Assembly: GCA_965656495.1 (NCBI GenBank)
Contig: CBFHKU010000001.1
Span: 178,781 to 242,780, forward strand
Source: Coraliomargaritaceae bacterium
GTDB lineage: Bacteria; Verrucomicrobiota; Verrucomicrobiia; Opitutales; Coraliomargaritaceae
Reading direction: 5' to 3'
Length of the DNA stretch: 64,000 bases
Of this stretch, positions 20,298-28,168 are shown piece by piece. The first letter of the stretch is position 1; the number at the start of each line of letters is the position of its first letter. The position numbers were made by a program, and so were the translations under genes. The notes under the pieces are model-generated. The model made no database searches, was not told where the DNA came from, and saw only the letters and a list, made by a program, of their open reading frames with translations.

Positions 20298-23200
20298 ATG
20301 AACACTATGAACGCTGCCTCTACGACAAAATTCTACTTAATTTTATTGGTATCCATCGCTCCCAGTTGCCTCTGGGCGCTGAAGTTTGAGATCCCGAAGG
20401 AACTTCGCGAGGAGGTAGCCGAGCAAAAGGCGGCCGAAGCCGCGGAGCTGGAGGCAGAGGTTGAAGCCCTGCAGTCGGGTGAGGCGGACGCCGTTGAGCC
20501 CGCTGAAGCAACCATGGAATTTGTGGTGGAAGCCCCTGCAGATGAAGCGGAGGCAGTCGACGCCGCACCAGCTGAGGTCGAGAGCGTCGAGGCCGCACCA
20601 GCGGAAGCCGCACCGGAAGAAGCCGCAGCCGTGGGTCGCATCGCGGGGCAGGTATTTGACAAAGAGACCGGCCAGCCCCTGCGTGGCGTTGCAATTGTGG
20701 TGGCCGACACCGACTTTGGAACTATCACGGACTCGCAGGGTCGCTATCGTTTGTCTGAAATTCCGGTCGGAAATTACACCTTGAACTTCATTAAGAGCGG
20801 TTTTCTTGAAGCGAACATTACCGACACGGTGGTTGTCGCCGGGGAGGTGAAGCAACTGGACTTTGCGATGCCGCCCCGCCCGGTGGATATGTCGGACGAG
20901 GTCTATGAACTACAGGACTTTACAGTGAGCGCCGATGAAGTAGTCAGTCAGAATGTGGCACTGCTCGCCTTGCGCCAGCAGTCGATCGCCTCGATTGACG
21001 CGCTGAGCTCAGAGGATTTTTCAAAGTTTGCAGCCAGCGATGTGGCGGAAGCGGTCACAAAAATGAGTGGGGCATCTTTGAGTGACGGCAAATACGTCGT
21101 AATGCGGGGGTTGAATGACCGCTACAACACGGTGCTCATCAATGGGGTGCGCTTGCCAAGCCCGGATCCCGACCGCAAAGCGATCGCATTGGATATTTTT
21201 CCCACAAGTATGATTCGTAGTGTAATAGCGCGAAAGACCTACACCTCAGACTTGCCTGGCGACTCTTCGGGTGGCTCAGTGGAGTTGCTGACAAAATCAA
21301 TTCCTGAGGAATCATTCTTTAAATTGTCGTACGGGATCGGCCGACAAGAGTCAAAAGGTGCAAGCAGTACTTTTCTGGCAGATCCGGAACAGGTTGATTT
21401 GGAGGGTTGGTTGAAAGGAGAGGACACGCGCGGATATTCCAATGCTGGGAGAAGCCTCATATCCGGCTATGGGCAGTCCGTGAGGGCGGTCAATTTCCCA
21501 TCGATGATTCCAATTGAAAGAAAACTACCCAATTGGGGTGATCGCAGTCTAAGCTTTTCGATGGGAGGATCCAAGGCATTGAATAACCAAGTCACTGCAG
21601 GTGCGATTTTTGGCACGAAAATTTCCACTAAGAGACGCTCCTCCTTCAAGGAATTTCACAAGAGTGTTATCAAGGACGGCCTGTTGGAACCGGACGTTTT
21701 TGCCTATAAAGAGGATGGTAAGGGGACGTTGAAGTCGGAGGAGGAATACAGCTACTCAACCCTCCTTGGTTTTGGTTTTGGGATCTCGGACCACACGAAT
21801 CTAAATTACAACTTTCTGCACACCAAAACTTTAAGCTCTACGGTCGAACGATCCGATTATGAAAAGTTATATACCAGTGAGCCTGTATTTGGCAACGGAC
21901 CCGGCAATTATGACTTAATAGATGTGGAACTTGCCAGCGAAGACCGGGAGTTGCGGGCACATCAGTTTTCCGGGGAGCACAAGTTTACTTTGGTGCGAGG
22001 TATCGAGTCGGATCTCAATTGGTACCACACGAAGGCTTTTATGGGGCAACTCGAGCCCGACCGCCGGATTATCGGAGAATTCATACCGACCCAATCCGCA
22101 GTAAATCCCGGTGACGCCGGGTTCAGTACCGACCCTGGCTTGCCGCCTGTGGCGCGCTTTCAACGCGAGACGCAACAAAACAGCATTATGTTTGGTGGGC
22201 AAGTAGAAAGCAGTGCTCGTGTAGGAGCTTGGACACTGAATTGGTCATTGGGTTTCGACTCAGAAGAATCCAGTCGTGATTTCCTGCAATTGGAATCGCT
22301 CATCGATGACAACAAAGTTTCTATCTACGATCAGGACTTCAGTAAGCTTCAATACGCCGCGATGCCAGTTGCTCAAATCTCAGCCTCGGGTCAGGCTTAT
22401 CAGATCAGCACCGGAGCGGGTGCCCTCCCTGGAGATACTTATGAAAACAGTGGACTGGAGTGGTATGCTGATGATTTTACCGAGGCCGATCAACTCATCC
22501 GTCATTTGTACACTGAAAATATCGCAAATATACAACCGGAAATTGATACTCTTCAGCTGGCGATAACGGGGCTCACGAATCAATACAACGCTGCTGTAGA
22601 CAATTTTGACACGAAAATTGACTTCTTGGACTTAAGATTACAGCGATACGAGCCAACATTGAATGTGAATCAGTTTGATCCGTCGGATCCTAGTTATGAC
22701 CCTTCCTTGAAGGATTCTGTGGATCCCTCGGTAAGAACTGCCGCCATTTCACTGGAACAGGCACATAGTACATTGTTGGGTGCCCAAAATGCTTTAAATT
22801 CCGATCCTGCTGTTTTGAAAGAGTCCGCACTAAAGCAGGACAAGACAAGCCTTGAGACTGAGCTGGCGAACTACGTTACGGAAGCGGACAATTTTCTGGC
22901 ATTAATCTCCCAAGCTCCTGCTCTGGCGATTGATCCCACGCAATTCCCAACATTCAACTTATTTGGAGATGAGCAATACATCCTCGAAACGCCGGCGGGC
23001 TTCACTTTGCACGGCGACAGTTCCCCGACGGTAAACACGCTGCAGTTTCCTTTGGTTGACGGTAAATTTCAGGCAAGGGGTATTGAAGAGGTGCGCAGTT
23101 TTTTCGCCTCGGGTGATATTAAGCGGGAAGATGTCCTGTTTTTTGACAGCATCCGTTTCGCCCTCGGCTTGCGCCAAGAGAGTAATTACCTCAATTACGA

Positions 23201-24377
23201 ATTGCTGGAAAATGATCCCGGGGAGCCAAACCCGGTATCGCGGGTGGGCGGCGGTACCTCGCCTAAGGTGGTCGCTGCCAAACCCATTGAGCAGGACGAT
23301 CAGCAATACTATTTTAATTTTTCATTTGAACTTCTCGAGAACCTGAAGCTCTCTGTTTCACACTCAAAAACCATTGCCAAGCCCACTTTTCGGGAAATTG
23401 CTCCCTTCCCGATCTTTAATTTGAGTGATCGCAGTTTTGAGATTGGCAATTCCGGTCTGACCCTGCGTTCGGATGGACAATACGATGATTGGTTGAATCG
23501 TACCGGGGATTTTGACCCCATCAGTGCCCCGCTTGGGGACGCTGATCCCTCGGTTCAAAAGCGCTTTGTTTTGCCTCTGGACTTTGCCGGTCTTGAAATT
23601 ACGGATGTTGAGAGTCATGACTTGCGCCTCGAGTTCTTTACGCCCCTCGACGGGCTGGTTTCAGTCGGTTACTTCAAAAAGACTATCGAAGCGCCTATTG
23701 AGCGGACTTTTGCCTATGATGTGAATGGTGTCCCGGTCAATACATTCATTAACAACAATAACGATGCCAGTCTCAACGGCGTGGAGTTTGAGCTTCAGCA
23801 AAACCTTGGATTTTTGGAGGAACATTTAATGTTTATTGCACCGCTTTCGTGGATTACTTTGGGTGGTAATTATACGCTGATTGATGCCGAAGTTGAGCGC
23901 TCAGACTTTGAGAAATCAGGTCTCACTTCCAGTAACGCTTTTGTCAACAACCTCATTGACCCGAAAGTCTTTACGGAGGGGAGTTACTCAATCAGGCCTC
24001 TGTATGACCAACCGGAATACACTGCCAACGCATTCATCAAATTCGATATTGAGCCAACCGGAACTAGCCTGACGTTATCTCAAAATTGGATAGGACGCCA
24101 ATTGGATCGGGTTGGCGGTCTTGACTCAGCAGGGAAAGGTGCGCCTGATTTATTTTGGGATCCTTTTAACTCCCTGAATTTTGTACTCGAACAAAAGCTT
24201 CGCGAGCACTGGAAGCTTCGTTTAAGTATAAAAAATCTAGGATCACCCACCCGGAAAATGTCGGAAAATGAGGACTTTTTCGATGCCCTCAATGTCGCTG
24301 AGGCGGATCGGCCTCCATTTCGGAGCAGTGTCTCCATTGATCCGAGTTACTCCATTACTTTATCGGGCTCATTTTAG
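20298..24377 (+). CDS. TonB-dependent outer-membrane receptor (carboxypeptidase-regulatory-like N domain, plug, barrel with large insertions)
   Basis: Signal peptide, GRIAGQVFDKETGQPLRG...TITDSQGRYRL, plug VVMRGLNDRYNTVLING...ALDIFP, SKTIAKPTFREIAP, C-terminal YSITLSGSF. Start could be 20307. Confidence 0.93.
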   Translation: MNTMNAASTTKFYLILLVSIAPSCLWALKFEIPKELREEVAEQKAAEAAELEAEVEALQSGEADAVEPAEATMEFVVEAPADEAEAVDAAPAEVESVEAAPAEAAPEEAAAVGRIAGQVFDKETGQPLRGVAIVVADTDFGTITDSQGRYRLSEIPVGNYTLNFIKSGFLEANITDTVVVAGEVKQLDFAMPPRPVDMSDEVYELQDFTVSADEVVSQNVALLALRQQSIASIDALSSEDFSKFAASDVAEAVTKMSGASLSDGKYVVMRGLNDRYNTVLINGVRLPSPDPDRKAIALDIFPTSMIRSVIARKTYTSDLPGDSSGGSVELLTKSIPEESFFKLSYGIGRQESKGASSTFLADPEQVDLEGWLKGEDTRGYSNAGRSLISGYGQSVRAVNFPSMIPIERKLPNWGDRSLSFSMGGSKALNNQVTAGAIFGTKISTKRRSSFKEFHKSVIKDGLLEPDVFAYKEDGKGTLKSEEEYSYSTLLGFGFGISDHTNLNYNFLHTKTLSSTVERSDYEKLYTSEPVFGNGPGNYDLIDVELASEDRELRAHQFSGEHKFTLVRGIESDLNWYHTKAFMGQLEPDRRIIGEFIPTQSAVNPGDAGFSTDPGLPPVARFQRETQQNSIMFGGQVESSARVGAWTLNWSLGFDSEESSRDFLQLESLIDDNKVSIYDQDFSKLQYAAMPVAQISASGQAYQISTGAGALPGDTYENSGLEWYADDFTEADQLIRHLYTENIANIQPEIDTLQLAITGLTNQYNAAVDNFDTKIDFLDLRLQRYEPTLNVNQFDPSDPSYDPSLKDSVDPSVRTAAISLEQAHSTLLGAQNALNSDPAVLKESALKQDKTSLETELANYVTEADNFLALISQAPALAIDPTQFPTFNLFGDEQYILETPAGFTLHGDSSPTVNTLQFPLVDGKFQARGIEEVRSFFASGDIKREDVLFFDSIRFALGLRQESNYLNYELLENDPGEPNPVSRVGGGTSPKVVAAKPIEQDDQQYYFNFSFELLENLKLSVSHSKTIAKPTFREIAPFPIFNLSDRSFEIGNSGLTLRSDGQYDDWLNRTGDFDPISAPLGDADPSVQKRFVLPLDFAGLEITDVESHDLRLEFFTPLDGLVSVGYFKKTIEAPIERTFAYDVNGVPVNTFINNNNDASLNGVEFELQQNLGFLEEHLMFIAPLSWITLGGNYTLIDAEVERSDFEKSGLTSSNAFVNNLIDPKVFTEGSYSIRPLYDQPEYTANAFIKFDIEPTGTSLTLSQNWIGRQLDRVGGLDSAGKGAPDLFWDPFNSLNFVLEQKLREHWKLRLSIKNLGSPTRKMSENEDFFDALNVAEADRPPFRSSVSIDPSYSITLSGSF

Positions 24378-24394
24378 TAACATTTTTGTTACAT
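24375..24394 (+). promoter_or_regulatory. Second Pho-box-like repeat, upstream of the secreted beta-helix-type gene
   Basis: GTAACAT (24377) and GTTACAT (24388) at 11-bp period. Also a palindrome GTAACA-N4-TGTTAC. Confidence 0.45.
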
Positions 24395-24482
24395 AAAGGA
24401 CGCCGACCCGTGACGTCATTCGCCTATTTTGGGTTTCGATTTGCGATCGCAGATCAATCAAACGTAAATACAAACTACTCAA

Positions 24483-26237
24483 ATGAATAAAATTATAACA
24501 TCCCTAGTTGGTGTTGCTGCAATGGCTTCTGTAGCCTCTGCTGCTATCATCAAAAAGTCCGGTGATATCACCGAGTCCGAAACATGGACCAAAGACAACC
24601 AGTATATTCTAACTGATCTTACCTTCGTTAAAGACGGTGCGGTGCTTACCATTGAGGAAGGTACTATCATTCGTGCTGAGCCCAAGTCTGGTTCATCCGC
24701 TTATGACCCCGGTGCCCTCGTCATCACACGTACTGGTCAAATCGAAGCTGAAGGTACTCCATCCGAACCTATCATCTTCACCACTGCTGTGATCGACCAA
24801 GACCAAGATGGCCAGTATTCTGATGAATCCGTGGATTATGCTTCTGACATCGACTACAGCTCTGCCAACTTCCTTGACTCAGATCCTGCGGGTGATCCGC
24901 TTTCTCCCGGTTTCGGTTTCCTTACCACTGGCACCGGTGACGAGCACGTTGGTGTTGATGAATACCGCGGTCTTTGGGGTGGTGTGATCATTCTTGGTAA
25001 TGCTCCTACCAGCATCATTGAGATCTCTGGCGACACAGTCGTGAATACCAACAAGACTGCTCGTAACGACCTTGATGACATCTTTGAAGGGTTCATCGAA
25101 GGTCTCGATCCGGACGACACCCTTAATGACAACGGTATCTATGGTGGCTCCAATCCTAACGATAGCTCTGGTACTTTTAAGTACGCTTCGATCCGTCACG
25201 GCGGTACAAACATTGCAGCTGACAATGAAATCAATGGTCTTACCATGGGTGGCGTAGGTAACGGTACACTCATCGAATTCGTTGAGGTTTACTGTAATGA
25301 TGACGACGGCTTCGAATGGTTCGGTGGTACAGCTAACTCCCGCTACCTTGTTTCCCTTTACAACAATGACGACTCTTTCGACATTGACGAAGGTTTCACT
25401 GGTCTCGGCCAATTCTGGTTCTCCCTCCAGCTCAACGACGATGCCAATGGTGACCACGGTGGTGAGCACGACGCCACACACGGCGCTTTCGACTCCATCG
25501 ACGTTGCTTTCCTCAACGGTACCGACGTACTCGCTGCCGGTGTAGGTTACTTCACCGATGACAATGACGCAACGGGTGACGGTTACAATGGTCAATCAGA
25601 TCGTACTGGTTCTGGTATTTATGCTAACTACATTAATGCACAAGACCCAGATGCTGAAAAGCGTTACACTGCCGGTTCCGGTGCTGACCAAGGTCTTGGT
25701 CTTCCCATTGCTTATCCCACCATTTTCAACGCCACATATGTTGGTAGCTGGGATGCTGATGAGATGATCAAGTGTGATGACTCCTTTGGTGGTGATTACT
25801 TCAACTCCATCTTTGTTGGAACTGGTAACGATCTCGTTGACGTAAGCAATGACGCCCGCACCCGCGTGGAAGTTGGCGATTGCTCCTACATCAACAATTC
25901 CATCGCTTACGATATCAAGGGTTCTACTGGTGCACTTTCCGGCAGCCAACTCTCCAACTATGGCACCATGCAAACCATCCTCGCAAGCGCTGCAAACAAT
26001 AATGTCCTCGATGGCACCAACCCGTTTGCAACACTTACCAAGGATAACAGTCGCGCCAACGTTGATCCCCGCATTACCGATGCCGCTAATGCCAAGATCA
26101 CACCCGCTCCTGCGACTGCTACCTACTTCATTAGCGCTCCGTACCTCGGTGCCTTCGATCCTTCCCTCAACACCTTCTGGACTGATGGTTGGACCGTATT
26201 CTCCGCCAACTTCGACCTCGACGCTGGTAGCCGCTAA
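24483..26237 (+). CDS. Secreted acidic beta-helix-type protein of a family often found beside TonB-dependent receptors
   Basis: SPI signal (VASA). Motifs LTIEEGT, IEAEGT...PIIFT, GLWGGVIILGNA, YGGxxxNDSSGTFKY, NEINGLTMGGVG, DDDGFEWFGGT, YLGAF...WTDGWT. Confidence 0.75.
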   Translation: MNKIITSLVGVAAMASVASAAIIKKSGDITESETWTKDNQYILTDLTFVKDGAVLTIEEGTIIRAEPKSGSSAYDPGALVITRTGQIEAEGTPSEPIIFTTAVIDQDQDGQYSDESVDYASDIDYSSANFLDSDPAGDPLSPGFGFLTTGTGDEHVGVDEYRGLWGGVIILGNAPTSIIEISGDTVVNTNKTARNDLDDIFEGFIEGLDPDDTLNDNGIYGGSNPNDSSGTFKYASIRHGGTNIAADNEINGLTMGGVGNGTLIEFVEVYCNDDDGFEWFGGTANSRYLVSLYNNDDSFDIDEGFTGLGQFWFSLQLNDDANGDHGGEHDATHGAFDSIDVAFLNGTDVLAAGVGYFTDDNDATGDGYNGQSDRTGSGIYANYINAQDPDAEKRYTAGSGADQGLGLPIAYPTIFNATYVGSWDADEMIKCDDSFGGDYFNSIFVGTGNDLVDVSNDARTRVEVGDCSYINNSIAYDIKGSTGALSGSQLSNYGTMQTILASAANNNVLDGTNPFATLTKDNSRANVDPRITDAANAKITPAPATATYFISAPYLGAFDPSLNTFWTDGWTVFSANFDLDAGSR

Positions 26238-26252
26238 TTGCTGAATTCCACA

Positions 26253-26284
26253 GGGGCATCCTCGAAACATTTTGGGGATGCCCC
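26253..26284 (+). terminator. Strong intergenic hairpin (terminator or mRNA stabiliser)
   Basis: GGGGCATCCTCGAAA...TTTGGGGATGCCCC, with a weak U tail. Confidence 0.6.
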
Positions 26285-26319
26285 ACTTTCAACTTCATTC
26301 TTTTAGAATACTTCATAGT

Positions 26320-27165
26320 ATGAAAAAACTTTCTCTCATCGCCCTTACGGGCTCAATCCTCACTGGCACTGCCTTCGCTGATTTGACATCGGGTCAAGTC
26401 TCAGGTGGTTTGCTTGCCGGTTGGGATTTCTCCGGAGTATCCAATGTATCGAATGCGGTAAACGCCTATACAAATGATGTTTCCGGCATTTCTGGCTACA
26501 GTGGCACCATCAACACCAACGGAAGCCTGGGTTCTGACTCTTTGACTCAAATGCCCAGCAGTTCCGCAAATGTTCGTTTTGCTTCACTCGGACGTGCTGT
26601 TTCCATTAGCTCCTTCCGTGGACAAAAAGGTTTCGACCAAAGCTCCACTGTAACTCCTGGTACTGCCGCCTCTGGTCAGGTAGCGCTTAAGCTTAACAGT
26701 GGCTCTGCCTTCTCCTTCACTATCGCACTCAACCAAGCAGCTACGAATGTAGCTGTTGAGTTTGACTGGTTGATGGATGGAGCAGCAAACTTTGGTGATG
26801 GTGATGGCGACTGGCTTGATATTGAATACAGTGCTGGCGGCACTACAGAATCTAACTTTGTTTCTTTGAACAGCACAGATTCTGCAAGTGGAGTTGGTAC
26901 CGACTACTACGCTTTAGTATCAAATGAAGATAGCTGGTCTGTGTCCTCTTCTGGTGTAATCCGTACTGTTGATGACCAAGTTATTGATCTCACCAATGTT
27001 GGAAACGTGAAGTATGTCCGTTTCACCATCGACACTAGTGATATCGGTTCTAGTCTATATCTTGACAATATCTCTGTAACAGGTGTGGTTCCAGAACCAT
27101 CAACCTATGCGTTGCTTGCAGGTGTTATCGCTCTTTCCTTCTGTATCGTACGCAGAAAGAAATAA
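26320..27165 (+). CDS. PEP-CTERM surface protein, paralogue 1
   Basis: Signal peptide (TAFA), Ser/Thr/Gly-rich domain, C-terminal VVPEPSTYALLAGVIALSFCIVRRKK. Confidence 0.92.
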   Translation: MKKLSLIALTGSILTGTAFADLTSGQVSGGLLAGWDFSGVSNVSNAVNAYTNDVSGISGYSGTINTNGSLGSDSLTQMPSSSANVRFASLGRAVSISSFRGQKGFDQSSTVTPGTAASGQVALKLNSGSAFSFTIALNQAATNVAVEFDWLMDGAANFGDGDGDWLDIEYSAGGTTESNFVSLNSTDSASGVGTDYYALVSNEDSWSVSSSGVIRTVDDQVIDLTNVGNVKYVRFTIDTSDIGSSLYLDNISVTGVVPEPSTYALLAGVIALSFCIVRRKK

Positions 27166-27178
27166 TTAAAATAAATCT

Positions 27179-27211
27179 TGACCACAACTGGCTTTAAGCC
27201 AGTTGTGGTCA
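27179..27211. repeat. Perfect 33-bp palindrome between the two PEP-CTERM genes
   Basis: TGACCACAACTGGCTT-T-AAGCCAGTTGTGGTCA. Confidence 0.9.
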
Positions 27212-27224
27212 TTACCTTATAAAA

Positions 27225-28088
27225 ATGAAAACTAAAATATTTGCTCTAAGTTTCTTAATTTCTTCAACAACTGCTTTTGCCGACCTGACCAGTGCTGCAA
27301 TCGCAGGCGATTTAATTGCAGGGTTTGATTTTTCGGAAATCGGCTCTGTGTCAAATGATGTGGATGGCTTTGCTTCCTCCAGTGATGGACTAGGTAGTGA
27401 TATTGCTACAATCTACACCGATGGTACATTTGGTTCTAATTCATTTAATCAAGTTAGTGATGGTAGCGCTCAGGTTCGCTTCGCAACCTTTGGTCGTGCT
27501 GCACGGACAGGAACTTATCGCTTTGACAAAGGCTTCGACACTACCACTGATGCGACACCTGGCGGTGCTGCAACTGGTCAAAACAGTCTGTTATTCAAAA
27601 ATCTCGCTTCAACTACTTCATTTGTGATTGGACTCAATCAAGGCGTAGACAATACCAAGGACCTAGTCATAGAGTTTGATTATATGACCAAAAATGTTGC
27701 TGGTTTTGATTTGTTCGACATCTATTACAGTGCAGATGGTTCATCTTACACTGAACTCGTTCCGAGTAGCGTGGGAAACAGATTTGGCGATGGTCCAGAA
27801 TACACTTTGTTCCCTCCCAGTGCTGACAATACTTGGGCAACTACTTCTTCTGGTAATCGTTTTTATGATGATTTGGATGGACAAGACACCGGTGTAATTA
27901 CCATAGAACAAGAGGATTTTACTACTATTAAGTACGTAAGATTCGATCTTCTTGCCACAAACACTTCAGAAGAATTTTATCTTGATAATATCTCCATCAC
28001 TGGATCTCAGGTGCCGGAAGCATCGACTTATGCGCTCATCGCCGGTGCACTTGCACTTGGATTTGCTGTAATTCGTCGCCGTAAATAA
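27225..28088 (+). CDS. PEP-CTERM surface protein, paralogue 2
   Basis: Signal peptide (TAFA-DLTS, as in paralogue 1), C-terminal QVPEASTYALIAGALALGFAVIRRRK. Confidence 0.92.
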   Translation: MKTKIFALSFLISSTTAFADLTSAAIAGDLIAGFDFSEIGSVSNDVDGFASSSDGLGSDIATIYTDGTFGSNSFNQVSDGSAQVRFATFGRAARTGTYRFDKGFDTTTDATPGGAATGQNSLLFKNLASTTSFVIGLNQGVDNTKDLVIEFDYMTKNVAGFDLFDIYYSADGSSYTELVPSSVGNRFGDGPEYTLFPPSADNTWATTSSGNRFYDDLDGQDTGVITIEQEDFTTIKYVRFDLLATNTSEEFYLDNISITGSQVPEASTYALIAGALALGFAVIRRRK

Positions 28089-28108
28089 GTATAGTAATGC
28101 TTTTTCTG

Positions 28109-28141
28109 AAGTCGACAGGCGATATGCCTGTCGGCTTTTTT
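28109..28141 (+). terminator. Intrinsic terminator after PEP-CTERM pair
   Basis: AAGTCGACAGGC-gatat-GCCTGTCGGCTTTTTT. Confidence 0.85.
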
Positions 28142-28168
28142 GTCTAAAAATACAAAAGCTGGAATTGG

